A DNA stretch of 45,473 nucleotides from contig DASZYW010000124.1 of NCBI GenBank assembly GCA_035545195.1, forward strand, positions 1 to 45,473, given 5' to 3'. Below, piece after piece: positions 10,470 to 20,343 of this stretch. The DNA is from Gaiellaceae bacterium (GTDB lineage Bacteria > Actinomycetota > Thermoleophilia > Gaiellales > Gaiellaceae). The notes beneath the pieces were generated by a model. It was not told the DNA's origin, did not search any database, and saw only the letters and a program-made list of their open reading frames with translations. How positions within the stretch are numbered: position 1 is the stretch's first letter; each line of letters begins with the position of its first letter. Made by a program: the position numbers and the translations under genes.

Positions 10470-11123
10470 TTGAACGTCCTCGCATTCCGGGACGTGCACG
10501 CGCACGCGGTGTGGCCGCTCCGCGGACGTATCGCCAAGCGCTCGATCGATCTCGTGCTCAGCACCGTGCTGCTCGCGCTCCTCGCCCCCGTCTTCGCCGT
10601 CCTCGCGATCGCCGTGCTCGCCGCCGACGGCCGCCCGATCTTCTACCGCTGGGACGTCGTCGGATTGGAAGGGCGTCCGTTCACAGGTTGGAAGTTCCGG
10701 ACGATGGTCCAGGATGCCGACCGGTTGCGGGAGCGGCTCCTGCACCGGAACGAGATGAGCGGCCCCGTGTTCAAGCTGCAGAACGACCCGCGGATCACGA
10801 GGCTCGGTCGGATCCTGCGCCACTACAGCCTCGACGAGCTTCCCCAGCTGTGGAGCGTGTTCCGCGGCGACATGAGCCTCGTCGGGCCGCGCCCGTCGTT
10901 CCCGCACGAATACGCACAGCTGACCGAGTCCCAGCGCCGGCGCCTCTCGGTGAAGCCGGGGATCACGTGTCTCTGGCAGATCGAGGGACGCAGCGCGCTC
11001 GCCGAGTTCGACCACTGGCTCGAGCTGGACTTCCGCTACATCGACGAATGGTCGATCAGGACGGACCTGAAGATCCTCCTGCGCACGATTCCGGCCGTGC
11101 TGAGCGGTCGGGGCGCATGGTGA
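10470..11123 (+). CDS. small (PglC/WbaP C-domain type) polyprenyl-phosphate phosphoglycosyl transferase, initiating enzyme
   Basis: Single N-terminal re-entrant helix (LVLSTVLLALLAPVFAVLAIAVL). Motifs seen: KFRTM, GPVFKLQNDPRITRLG, DELPQLWSVFRGDMSLVGPRP, KPGITCLWQ. The exact start is uncertain (TTG 10470). Confidence 0.85.
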   Translation: MNVLAFRDVHAHAVWPLRGRIAKRSIDLVLSTVLLALLAPVFAVLAIAVLAADGRPIFYRWDVVGLEGRPFTGWKFRTMVQDADRLRERLLHRNEMSGPVFKLQNDPRITRLGRILRHYSLDELPQLWSVFRGDMSLVGPRPSFPHEYAQLTESQRRRLSVKPGITCLWQIEGRSALAEFDHWLELDFRYIDEWSIRTDLKILLRTIPAVLSGRGAW

Positions 11124-12571
11124 TCGCGCACGCCGGTCGCACACGCCGCCTCTCCGAGCCGGCGGCGGCACAGGAGCTCGCAGTCCGACTCGGCACGGGG
11201 CTCGCGCTCGTCGCCGTGCTGACTGCCTGCGGACTGGCGGTCGTGCGGGCGCCCGCAGCGGCGGGACTTCTCGTCGGCCTCGTCGTCGCCGGCTTCGTCG
11301 CCGCCGACTGGCGGCGCGGCGTCGGCATCCTCGTGGTCGTCCTCGCCTTCGCCGGGCTGCCTGTGTTCCTGATCAACTCGAAGTACGCGCCGGTCCTGAA
11401 GGATCTCTTCGTCGTCGTCCCCGTCTACGCCGGCTTCTTCGGGTCGCGAATCATGCGACGGGAACCGCTCTGGCCGCGCGGCGACGCCTTGACTCCGCTC
11501 CTCTTGCTCTTCGCGTCGATGACGGTCGTCTACTCGCTCGTCAGCCCCACGCCGGCGGTGGCGGCGATCGGCCTCAAGGTCTGGCTCCTCTACATCCCGC
11601 TCTACGGAGTCGGGTACGCGTACGTCCGGGGCCGGGAGGACGTGATCCGGATCGTCCGCAGCCTCGCAATCGTCGCCGTGGTGCCGGTGCTCCTGGCCCT
11701 CGTCGAGCTCTTCTACTTCATCCAGAGCGGAGGGTTCGGGCCGCTGCTCTCCTTCTACGGCCGCTTCTCGTCGGGGATCGTCCGCCAAGTCGGGTTCGGC
11801 GTCACCGTGCCCAGGATCCCGTCGACGTTCACCTTCAACGGCAGCTACTACGACTTCGCCTTCGTGGCATTCATGGCCGGGCTCGCCTACTGGGGATACC
11901 GCCGGACGCGCCTCTCCGCTGCGCTCGCCCTCGTCGCCGCCGCCGGAGCACTCGTGAGCGGCGAGCGGCGCGCTTACATCACGATTCCGGTCGCGCTCGT
12001 CGCCGCCGTCGCTCTGATGGGATCCGGATCGCACACCCGCTTGCGCGTCGCACTCGCGGGATTCGCAGGGATCGTCGCCCTCTCCTGGCTCGGCATTCCG
12101 ATCCTCGACATCTCGAACCGGCTCTCCGAGGGGACGGTGTCGAACATCAACGCTGCCTCCCAGCAACTCGAGCCGGCACTGAAGCACGGCTTCTTCGGCC
12201 ACGGAACCGGCTCGGGCACGAACGCCGCCTTCCGCTACAGCGGGTTGTCACCGTCGTCGAAGTTCGCCGAGAGCTGGTACACGAAGGCTCTGGTCGAGCT
12301 CGGCTACTTCGGCGTCGCGGTCGTGCTCGCGATCATGGTCGTCCTCGTTCGCCGCGGCTACGGGATCGTGCGGGGGCTCTCGCCCCCGGACCGCGCTCTC
12401 GCGGCGCCGATCTGGGTGCTGCTCTTTCTGACGGCGCTTCTGCTCGCCAAGGCTTCGGAGCTCGACTGGGATCCGCTGGACGCGTACTTCTGGCTCTTTG
12501 CCGGGATGCTCTCCGGCCTCGGCGCAGTGGCGGGCGATCACGAGGGCCGGACGCCGGACCCCGAGCGCTAG
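11117..12571 (+). CDS. polytopic membrane protein of the Wzy_C / O-antigen polymerase-ligase family (candidate Wzy)
   Basis: ATG at 11117 overlaps the upstream stop (ATGGTGA). There are about 10 or more hydrophobic segments. The loop motif FFGHGTGSGTNA...ESWYTKALVELGYFGVAVVL resembles the Wzy_C signature. Confidence 0.65.
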   Translation: MVIAHAGRTRRLSEPAAAQELAVRLGTGLALVAVLTACGLAVVRAPAAAGLLVGLVVAGFVAADWRRGVGILVVVLAFAGLPVFLINSKYAPVLKDLFVVVPVYAGFFGSRIMRREPLWPRGDALTPLLLLFASMTVVYSLVSPTPAVAAIGLKVWLLYIPLYGVGYAYVRGREDVIRIVRSLAIVAVVPVLLALVELFYFIQSGGFGPLLSFYGRFSSGIVRQVGFGVTVPRIPSTFTFNGSYYDFAFVAFMAGLAYWGYRRTRLSAALALVAAAGALVSGERRAYITIPVALVAAVALMGSGSHTRLRVALAGFAGIVALSWLGIPILDISNRLSEGTVSNINAASQQLEPALKHGFFGHGTGSGTNAAFRYSGLSPSSKFAESWYTKALVELGYFGVAVVLAIMVVLVRRGYGIVRGLSPPDRALAAPIWVLLFLTALLLAKASELDWDPLDAYFWLFAGMLSGLGAVAGDHEGRTPDPER

Positions 12572-13809
12572 AGAGCGCGCCTCGCCTGCCGCACCATCCA
12601 GGTCGTCGTGGCCGCGTACGCGAGGACCGAGGCGACTGCGGCGCCGTTGATGCCGAGTATCGGGAGCAGGGCGCCCAGAGCCGCGACGGTGACGAGCAGC
12701 GCTCCGAGCTCAGCCATGCCTGCCTGGAGCGGCCTGCCCACCCCGCGGAGCACGTTGGAGAGCACGGCGTTCGCGCCGAGGAAGACCCCTGCGAGCAGCA
12801 GGATCCGCGCCGGCGTCACCGCACCTGCGAACGAAGAGCCGAACGCGAGCACGATCAGCGGATGCGCGACGAGCGCGAACGCGGCGCCCGCGCCGACCGA
12901 GAGCACGACCGTCCCAACGACGAGCCGTCGAACACGCGCGCGGCGCTCGTCCGGTGCGGCGACTCTCCCGACCTGAGGCAGCGTCACCATCCCGACCGAG
13001 GAGCCGATCATGCCGACCGCGCCGGCGAATGCCACCGCGACCACGTAGAGACCGAGTTGCCGAGGGGCGAGGACGAGCGAGATCACGAGCTGGTCGAGGC
13101 GCTGGTTGAGCGCCGAGCTGAGGATGGCGACATGGCTCTTGAAGCCGTAGGAGAGAAGCTCCTTCGTGGTCTCCCGGCTCGGCCTTCCGCCGAGGGCCCC
13201 TTCGCGGCGCACGAGCTCCGCGATCACCCCGGTCGCGACGACGTTCGCGGCAACGTAGGTGCAGACGGCAGACCCGACGCTCAGATGGCCGCTCGCAGCG
13301 AGCACGACGACTCCCCCGGCCGAGACGACGACGAACGCCGCACGCGAGAGCTGGAACCGCCCGTAGCGGTGAAGCCCGTTCAGCGTCGCCGAGCCGAGCT
13401 GGGAGACCAGGGTCAGCGGGATCTGCGTCATCGCCACGAGCCCCCAGAAGACCGCGCGCCCCTCGTAGCGGTGGAGCACCAGCGGGGTCAGCGCCATCCC
13501 GACCGCGAGCAGCAGCACGGAGAGCACCGCCGCGACGGCGAGGCCCGAGGCGACGACCTGACGCACGCGCTCCGGCCCGCGGACGATGTGGTAGGTGACT
13601 GCGTCGCCGAGACCGAAGACGCCGAGCGTGCTGTAGGTCGCCGGCCACAGCATCACCGCCGCCAAGGTCCCTCGCCCGGCCGGCCCGAGCGCGCGTGCGA
13701 GCAGCAGGCCGGTGAGGATGCCCGTCGACCAGATGAGGACGGAGGTGGCGAAGCTCGCCCCGAACGGACGCCAGAACGCGAGAGTGCCGTCGGGGAAGCG
13801 GGGGCCCAC
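12568..13809 (-). CDS. Wzx-type polysaccharide/oligosaccharide flippase (MOP superfamily)
   Basis: 413 aa, hydrophobic throughout with many TM segments. The N-terminal LLARALGPAGRGTLAAV motif is typical of the polysaccharide biosynthesis protein family. It lies convergent to the Wzy-like gene. Confidence 0.7.
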   Translation of the reverse strand: MGPRFPDGTLAFWRPFGASFATSVLIWSTGILTGLLLARALGPAGRGTLAAVMLWPATYSTLGVFGLGDAVTYHIVRGPERVRQVVASGLAVAAVLSVLLLAVGMALTPLVLHRYEGRAVFWGLVAMTQIPLTLVSQLGSATLNGLHRYGRFQLSRAAFVVVSAGGVVVLAASGHLSVGSAVCTYVAANVVATGVIAELVRREGALGGRPSRETTKELLSYGFKSHVAILSSALNQRLDQLVISLVLAPRQLGLYVVAVAFAGAVGMIGSSVGMVTLPQVGRVAAPDERRARVRRLVVGTVVLSVGAGAAFALVAHPLIVLAFGSSFAGAVTPARILLLAGVFLGANAVLSNVLRGVGRPLQAGMAELGALLVTVAALGALLPILGINGAAVASVLAYAATTTWMVRQARRAL

Positions 13810-13930
13810 GCCGCCTTCATCCTGCGCGAGAACGGGAGCCGCAGCAACCGCGTCCCGACCCCGGGGCGCCTGGGCCGGGGACGGCTACGCTCGGCCCTGG
13901 CCCGGAGACAGCACCGCGCGAACACCATCG

Positions 13931-15247
13931 ATGAGCAGAGAGCCGAGAGCGCCCACTGAGCGCGGCACCGCCGCCCGGCGGACCGTCCTCGTCACTGATC
14001 CGGGCTGGCGAGCGGAGCCCCCACAGATCGCGCAGGCGTTGCGGGAGGCCGACGTGCCGGTCGCGTTCCACACGTCGTTGTACGTCACTCCCGACTCCTG
14101 GCCCGCACAGGCCCTGGCACGCCTGGGGACGCGTTCCGCCACACGGTTGCGCACCCGCCTGCTCAGACGCCACCGCGCGGAGCACGGGTTCGAGCACGTC
14201 GTCTCCTGGTTCCTGCACGACGCCCTGGGTCGCGTCGCGCGACGCCTCGGCGCACCCTCGTCGTCCGTCAATCTGGCGACGAGCGTCGCGTTCGACGCGC
14301 TCGTCTCGCTCTTCGCCGACCGCAACGCCGCCGCAGTCGTCTGCATGAGCGGCTCCGGCGTCCGGACGATGCGCCGCCACCGCCGGCACGGAGCAACGAC
14401 CGTCCTCGTGATGAACACGCCCGCCGCCTCGGAGGAACATCGCGTGGTTGCCGAGGAGGAACGAAGGCTCGGACTGAGGCAGAGCCGGATCGCGCGCTGG
14501 GCGGAGAGACGCATCGCGGCGCGCATCGACCAGGAGCTCGCCATGGCGGACCTCGTCCTCGCCAACTCCCAGTTCACCGCCGACGACCTTGCCCGCACCG
14601 GCGTCCCCCGGGCGAAGATCGCGGTTGCGTCTCTTGGAGTCGATCTCGAGCGCTTCGCCCCGGCGGGAGGCGCCAGGCCCCGCTCGGAGATCGCGCGGAT
14701 CGTCTACGTCGGCAGCCTCGCGCCCCGCAAGGGCGTGATCACGCTCGCCGAGGCCGTACGCATGCTCCGCACGACACGTCCGTGCGAGCTCCACGTCTAC
14801 GGGAGCGGCGAGCCTCGCTACATGCGGCTCCTGGAGTCTTTCGCCGACGACGGATCGGTCACCCTCCACTCGTACGTGCCGAATGCGGAGCTTCCGGACG
14901 TCTACCGGGCCGCCGACGTCGTCGTCCTTCCGACACTGTCGGACGGCTTCGGGCTCGTCGTCTACGAAGCGATGGCGTCCGGAGCCCCTGTCGTCGTGAC
15001 CGATCGCTGCGGCGCCGAAGTCGAGCACGGCCGCAACGGCCTGGTCGTGCCCCACAGCGACCCCCGGGCGCTCGCCGACGCCATCGAGCAGCTCCTCTCC
15101 GACCCCGGACGCGCGCGCACACTTGCCGCGGCCGGAGTGGAGACCGCGCGGCACGCGTCGTGGGCGCGTTACCGTGAAACGGTGCGCGCGTCGCTCCTGC
15201 CGCTTCTCGACGAGACCGTGGACGCGCCCGGAGACCCCCACCCTTGA
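13931..15247 (+). CDS. GT4-family (GT-B) glycosyltransferase
   Basis: First ATG after the divergent wzx start. Motifs seen: GSLAPRKGV and the EX7E region VVLPTLSDGFGLVVYEAMASGAPVVVTDRCG. Confidence 0.75.
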   Translation: MSREPRAPTERGTAARRTVLVTDPGWRAEPPQIAQALREADVPVAFHTSLYVTPDSWPAQALARLGTRSATRLRTRLLRRHRAEHGFEHVVSWFLHDALGRVARRLGAPSSSVNLATSVAFDALVSLFADRNAAAVVCMSGSGVRTMRRHRRHGATTVLVMNTPAASEEHRVVAEEERRLGLRQSRIARWAERRIAARIDQELAMADLVLANSQFTADDLARTGVPRAKIAVASLGVDLERFAPAGGARPRSEIARIVYVGSLAPRKGVITLAEAVRMLRTTRPCELHVYGSGEPRYMRLLESFADDGSVTLHSYVPNAELPDVYRAADVVVLPTLSDGFGLVVYEAMASGAPVVVTDRCGAEVEHGRNGLVVPHSDPRALADAIEQLLSDPGRARTLAAAGVETARHASWARYRETVRASLLPLLDETVDAPGDPHP

Positions 15248-16458
15248 CGTTGCGGTCGGCCGGCTCCGAGCGCGAGGGCGGACGGTTCCGCCTCGCCCAC
15301 GTCGTCTCGCATCCGATCGCCTACTTCGTGCCGCTCTATCGCGAGCTGGCGCACCGCTCGGAGCTCGAGCTGACCGTCTTCTACTGCTCGGACGCGACGC
15401 TCGAAGCCCACTACGACCCGAACTTCGAGCGGGAGCTCGAGTGGGACACGCCGCTCCTCGGCGGCTACGAGGCGGTCTTCCTGCCGAGCTCGCGCGGGAA
15501 GCCCGTCGACGCCGCTCGGAGCCCGAACTGGGACGTCGTCCGCGAGACGACCTCGGGCCGCTACGACGCGGTGTGGGTGCACGCCTACGGGCGCGCGACG
15601 ACCTGGGCGGTCGCGGCGGCGGGCCGGCTGCGCGGCGTGCCGGTCCTCCTCCGCGAAGAGGCGACGCTGCTCCGCCGGCGCGGCCCGCTCCGCCGCTCGC
15701 TCAAGGAGCTCCCGCTCCGCCTCCTCTTCCGCACGATCTGGGGCGGCCTCTACATCGGCGAGGAGAACAAGCGCTACCTGCGCCGCTACGGCGTGCCCGA
15801 ACGGCGTCTGTTCCCGGTTCGGTACTGCGTGGACAACGCGTACTTCCGCACGGCCGCCGAGTCGCTGCGACCTCGGCGCGAAGAGGTGCGGGCCTCATTC
15901 GGCATCGACGACGACGCGCCGGTCGTCCTCTTCTGCGGGAACCTCGCATCGCACAAGCGACCGCTCGAGCTGCTCGAAGCCTTTGCGCGCGTCCGGCAGG
16001 GGACGAAGTGCTGGCTGCTCCTCGTCGGCGACGGCCCGCTGCGGGAAGCGCTCGAGCACACGGTGGCCGCCGACGAGATCCCCGGCGTGATCCTCGCCGG
16101 CTTCCGTAACTTCTCGGAGATGACAGACGCCTACGCCGCCGCCGACGTCTTCGTGCTCCCGTCACAACGGGACACGTGGGGCTTGGTCGTGAACGAGGCG
16201 ATGAACTTCGGCCTGCCGCTCGTGGTCTCGGACCGCGTCGGCTCCGGCACCGATCTCGTCCGGACAGGCGTGAACGGCTACGTCGTCCGCGACGACGACG
16301 TCTCCGGGCTCAGTGACGCGCTCGATGCCCTCGTGCGGGACGCGGAGCTGAGGAGCCGCTACGGCGCGGCAAGCCGGGAGATCGTGGCCGAGTACAGCGT
16401 CGAAGCGGCGGCGGACGGAATCGTGGCGGCGTGCCGCTCCATCGAGAGTCGAGCCTGA
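15244..16458 (+). CDS. GT4-family glycosyltransferase
   Basis: TTG start overlaps the upstream TGA. Motif seen: VFVLPSQRDTWGLVVNEAMNFGLPLVVSDRVGSG. Confidence 0.75.
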   Translation: MTLRSAGSEREGGRFRLAHVVSHPIAYFVPLYRELAHRSELELTVFYCSDATLEAHYDPNFERELEWDTPLLGGYEAVFLPSSRGKPVDAARSPNWDVVRETTSGRYDAVWVHAYGRATTWAVAAAGRLRGVPVLLREEATLLRRRGPLRRSLKELPLRLLFRTIWGGLYIGEENKRYLRRYGVPERRLFPVRYCVDNAYFRTAAESLRPRREEVRASFGIDDDAPVVLFCGNLASHKRPLELLEAFARVRQGTKCWLLLVGDGPLREALEHTVAADEIPGVILAGFRNFSEMTDAYAAADVFVLPSQRDTWGLVVNEAMNFGLPLVVSDRVGSGTDLVRTGVNGYVVRDDDVSGLSDALDALVRDAELRSRYGAASREIVAEYSVEAAADGIVAACRSIESRA

Positions 16459-17066
16459 TGGCGCGGCAACTCGACGGCAGCATCATGCGGCCCGGCTTGG
16501 CGGCCCGCTACTGGCGCTGCTTCGGCGACGCCCGGGTCGTCCTCGACGTCGGCTGCGGCGCGGGAGCGTTCGGACGCCTCCGACCGTCACCGGAGATCGC
16601 CGTGCACGGCGTCGACGCCGACCCACGCGCCGTCGCCTCAGCCGCCGAACACGAGCAGGCGCTCGTGGTGGACCTCGACGAGGGTCGCCTTCCCTACGAC
16701 GACGAGACGTTCGACGCCGTGCTCGCGAAGGACGTCCTCGAGCACGTCCGCGACCCGCTCGCCGTCGCGCGAGAGATCAACCGCGTCCTCAAGCCCGGCG
16801 GCCCGCTCGTCGTCTCCGTGATCGAGGCCCGCTCGAGCCGCGTGTGGTCGGACTACACGCACCGACGAGGGTTCACCAGGCGTTCGGCCCGCGCGCTTCT
16901 GGAGGACAGCGGGTTCGACGTCGAGGCGATCTGGCGCATGGGTCCCGTCCCGGGAGCCGACCGACTCGGGCTGATCGGTCTCGTCCCGGCGCTGCTCCGC
17001 TTCCCGCCGGCCTCGCTGCTCTGGGGCTTCAGCTGGGAGCTGCTGGCCCGGCGTGCGACTCGGTGA
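16458..17066 (+). CDS. class I SAM-dependent methyltransferase
   Basis: ATG at 16458 overlaps the upstream TGA (TGATG). Motifs seen: motif I VLDVGCGAGAFG, VLAKDVLEHVRDP, LKPGGPLVVSV. Confidence 0.75.
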   Translation: MARQLDGSIMRPGLAARYWRCFGDARVVLDVGCGAGAFGRLRPSPEIAVHGVDADPRAVASAAEHEQALVVDLDEGRLPYDDETFDAVLAKDVLEHVRDPLAVAREINRVLKPGGPLVVSVIEARSSRVWSDYTHRRGFTRRSARALLEDSGFDVEAIWRMGPVPGADRLGLIGLVPALLRFPPASLLWGFSWELLARRATR

Positions 17067-18210
17067 TGCCGAGCGCGCGGCCGATCCTCTCCTGGAACAC
17101 CTCGAAAGAGAAGTTCTCGATCGCATAGGGACGAGACGCAGCGGCGAACTGCTTCCGCAGCACGTCGTCGCGGAGCAGACTCGCGAGCGCGGCGGTCAGC
17201 TCGACGTGATCGTCCGGGTCGACCAGGAAGCCGGTGCGGCCGTGGGCGAGCGACTCCGCCGCCCCGTCCAGCGAGCTCGCGATCGCGGGCTTCCCGCACG
17301 CCTGCGCCTCGATCACGACGAGCGGCACGCCTTCGCCGAACCAGCGTGCTCCGGTCTCGGTCTTCATGCCGCTCGCGAGGACGAAGACGTCGGAGAGCAG
17401 GTAGACGTCGGGCAGCAGGTCGTCTTCGACGTTCCCCGCGAAGAGAACGGCGTCCTTCAACCCGAGCTCGGCCGCGAGCGCCTCGAGGCGCGGCCGGTCG
17501 GGGCCGTCCCCGACGATCAGGTACTGCGACTCGACCCCTTCGCCCCGTAGCTCGGCGAGTGCCCTGATCACGCGGTCGTGGCCCTTGAACCGGGTCTCCG
17601 GCAATCGCGACACGGTCAGCACCGTGGGAACGCCGGCACGGAGTCCGAGCCGGTCGGCGAGGCCGGGTAGCGGGTCGCGCGGCCGAAAGCGCTCGCAGTC
17701 CACGCAGTCGTGCACGATCGCGATCCGGCCTCGGAGCTTCGGGAAGCGGCCTTCGAGATCCCGTCTCGTGAAGTCGCAGTCGGAAACGATCGTCTCGGCG
17801 CGGAGGAGCGCGATGCGCTGCAGAAGCGGGATCGGCTTCCAGACCTCTGCGCCGTAGACGTTCAGGCAGTAACGGCGCCCGAGCAGCAGGCGGCAGACGA
17901 GCCCGAGCGGCGCGAGTGCGATGTGGTCGCAGATCGTGCGCCCGTGCGCTGCTCCGCGACGCGCGGCACGCAGGACGCGGAGCGCGAAGGCGGCCTTCGC
18001 TCGGACGCCGAAGCCCCGTCCGACCACGTCGATCGGAAGCGCACCGGCGAAGCCGCCTGTCACCGGCGGCGCGAGCGAGCAGGCCCGGACCGCATTCCGC
18101 CCGGCGAGATTGCCGAGCGCACGGACCTCGTAGCGGCCGTACCGCTGGATCCCTCCGAGCGAGAAGAGGTCGTGGGAGACATAGAGGAAGTCGGCGGAAT
18201 CGACCGTCAT
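17029..18210 (-). CDS. GT4-family glycosyltransferase
   Basis: ATG at 18210 (MTVDSADFLYVSHD) overlaps the stop of the upstream aminotransferase (ATGA). Motifs seen: VSRLPETRFKGHD and GEGVPLVVIEAQACGKPAIAS. The rest of the 652-aa ORF is out-of-frame overlap. Confidence 0.7.
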   Translation of the reverse strand: MTVDSADFLYVSHDLFSLGGIQRYGRYEVRALGNLAGRNAVRACSLAPPVTGGFAGALPIDVVGRGFGVRAKAAFALRVLRAARRGAAHGRTICDHIALAPLGLVCRLLLGRRYCLNVYGAEVWKPIPLLQRIALLRAETIVSDCDFTRRDLEGRFPKLRGRIAIVHDCVDCERFRPRDPLPGLADRLGLRAGVPTVLTVSRLPETRFKGHDRVIRALAELRGEGVESQYLIVGDGPDRPRLEALAAELGLKDAVLFAGNVEDDLLPDVYLLSDVFVLASGMKTETGARWFGEGVPLVVIEAQACGKPAIASSLDGAAESLAHGRTGFLVDPDDHVELTAALASLLRDDVLRKQFAAASRPYAIENFSFEVFQERIGRALGITESHAGPAAPS

Positions 18211-19355
18211 GCGTGGCACGCGGTGCGAACTGCCTCGATCACGCGCTGCTGGTCCGCCTCGCTCAAGGAGGCCCCGCTCGGAAGGCTCAGCCCCTCGCGC
18301 GCGAGTGCCTCGGTCACCGGGAGCGAGACGCCACTCCTGTACGGAGGCATCTCGTGAACCGGCTGGAACGTGGGCCGCGTGTCGATGCCCGCGCGACCGA
18401 GGCGTTCGGCGAGCGTGTCGCGATCGACGCGGCATGCCTCGGTCAGGCGCACGGTCGTCATCCAGCACGCGCTCGTGCACCACGGCTGCTGCTCCTGCAA
18501 CTCCAGCCCCGGCACGTCGGAGAGGCCGAGGGCGTACTCGGCCGCGATCGCGATCTTCCGGGCGAGGAACTCCGCCATCCGCTCCATCTGGGCGACGCCG
18601 ACGGCGCCCTGCAGGTTCGTCATCCGGTAGTTGAACCCGACCTCGTCGTGCCAGTAGCGCCGCTCGGGGGCCATCGCGTGGTCGCGAAGCAGCCGCAAGC
18701 GGTCGGCGAGCGCATCGTCGTCCGTGGTCAGCGCGCCACCCTCGCCGGTCGTGATCAGCTTGTTCCCGTAGAAGCTGAAGGCGCCGATCGCGCCGAGCGC
18801 GCCGACCGGGCGCCCCTTGTGGCGCGCACCGAGCGCCTCGGCAGCGTCCTCGAGCACCGCGACGCCGTGGGCGTCGGCGAGCTCGAGCAGCTCGTCCATC
18901 GGTGCGGCGTGGCCGTAGATGTGCACCGGCACGATCGCGCGCGTGCGCTCGGACAGGACAGCGGCCACTCCGTCCGCGGTGAGGCACCAGTGGCGCGGGT
19001 CGCAGTCGACGAACACCGGAGTGGCGCCGGCGTATCGGACTGCCGCCGCGGTCGCCACAAACGTGAAGGACGGAACGACGACCTCGTCTCCCGGCCCGAC
19101 GCCGAGGGCGACGAGGCCGAGGTGGAGGGCGGCGGTCCCGTTCGCGACGGCGACCACGTGGCGCGTTCCGACCTCGTCGGCCAGAGCGGCCTCGAACTCG
19201 GTGACGAAGCGTCCGAGCGACGAGATCCAGCCGGACTCGACGGCCTCGGTGACGTAGGCCAGCTCGTTCCCGCCGAGCACCGGCTCCCCGACGGGTACGC
19301 GTTGCACGAGCGCCGTCTCATCGCCCTCGCCCACCGCTCGCGTCTCCGAGGTCAC
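18207..19355 (-). CDS. DegT/DnrJ/EryC1/StrS-family PLP-dependent sugar aminotransferase
   Basis: GTG at 19355 lies about 10 nt after AAGGAGGA. Motifs seen: NGTAALHL, VPSFTFVATA, FSFYGNKLITTGEGG (PLP lysine), YWHDEVGFNYRMTNLQGAVGVAQ. Confidence 0.85.
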   Translation of the reverse strand: MTSETRAVGEGDETALVQRVPVGEPVLGGNELAYVTEAVESGWISSLGRFVTEFEAALADEVGTRHVVAVANGTAALHLGLVALGVGPGDEVVVPSFTFVATAAAVRYAGATPVFVDCDPRHWCLTADGVAAVLSERTRAIVPVHIYGHAAPMDELLELADAHGVAVLEDAAEALGARHKGRPVGALGAIGAFSFYGNKLITTGEGGALTTDDDALADRLRLLRDHAMAPERRYWHDEVGFNYRMTNLQGAVGVAQMERMAEFLARKIAIAAEYALGLSDVPGLELQEQQPWCTSACWMTTVRLTEACRVDRDTLAERLGRAGIDTRPTFQPVHEMPPYRSGVSLPVTEALAREGLSLPSGASLSEADQQRVIEAVRTACHA

Positions 19356-19440
19356 CGCCAGCTCATCCTCCTTAGCCGACAAGCATAGGGGTCTGGCGGC
19401 GGCGTACAAGACCGTCGCGGAACCGGCCTAGACTGCGGCC

Positions 19441-20343
19441 GTGCAGGAGCGGGGAGATCCCAACGAGGGCTCTCGCGACGGCGGCCGGTCGCTGTCGGAG
19501 CGAGCGCGAGCGGGCGCGGCCCGCTTCGCCGGCCACCACCTCGGCGCGCGTGGGACCGAGCGCCTCGTCCGGATGCTCTACGACCCGGACCGGCGCCGGC
19601 ACTCGTTCACGAGCGGGATCTTCGAGCTGCGAGACGGATCGCGGATGGCGCTGGACACCCGCAGCTTCGTCGAGTGGCAGCTGTTCGTCCACGGGCGCTA
19701 CGAACCGCACCTCCAGCGCGAGTATCTCGCCGTCCTGCGCGCAGGGGACTGCGCGATCGACGTCGGCGCCAACGTCGGAGCCCACACGGTGCCGCTCGCA
19801 CGAGCGGTCTCGCCAGGGACGGTCGTCGCCGTGGAGCCGTTCGCCGGAGTCGTGGAACGGCTGCGACGCAACATCGCCCTGAACGAGCTCTCGGACGTCG
19901 TGCGCATCGTCGAGAAGGCCGCCCTCGAGCGGAGCGGCACGACAACCTTCTACCCCCCTCGCGAGGAAGCCGCGAACCAGGCGCAGGGCAGCGCCAGCTC
20001 GTTCGCGCACCTCCGCCACGACGGGATCTCGATCCCGGCGACGTCGCTCGACGACCTCGTGACGGAGCTCGGGCTCGGCCGGGTCGCGTTCGTGAAGATC
20101 GAGGCGCAGGGCTGGGAGCACGAGGTGCTCCTGGGCGCGGCGGCCCTGCTCGAGCGCGACCGACCGACTGTCGCGTTCCGCTACGACCTGGGCATCCTCG
20201 CCCAGGTGGCGGAGCACCGTCCGTGGCCACCACCGCTTCCGGAGGGCTATCGCCTCTTCGAGCTCTCCGGCAGGGGGCGCGTCGAGCTCGCGGGCGCGCC
20301 CAAGCGGTCATGCGTGATCCTCTGCAAGCCGCCCGAGGCCTAG
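19441..20343 (+). CDS. FkbM-family methyltransferase
   Basis: Motifs seen: AIDVGANVGAHTV (FkbM motif), VVAVEPFAGVVERLRRNIALN, VKIEAQGWEHEVL. Confidence 0.75.
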   Translation: MQERGDPNEGSRDGGRSLSERARAGAARFAGHHLGARGTERLVRMLYDPDRRRHSFTSGIFELRDGSRMALDTRSFVEWQLFVHGRYEPHLQREYLAVLRAGDCAIDVGANVGAHTVPLARAVSPGTVVAVEPFAGVVERLRRNIALNELSDVVRIVEKAALERSGTTTFYPPREEAANQAQGSASSFAHLRHDGISIPATSLDDLVTELGLGRVAFVKIEAQGWEHEVLLGAAALLERDRPTVAFRYDLGILAQVAEHRPWPPPLPEGYRLFELSGRGRVELAGAPKRSCVILCKPPEA

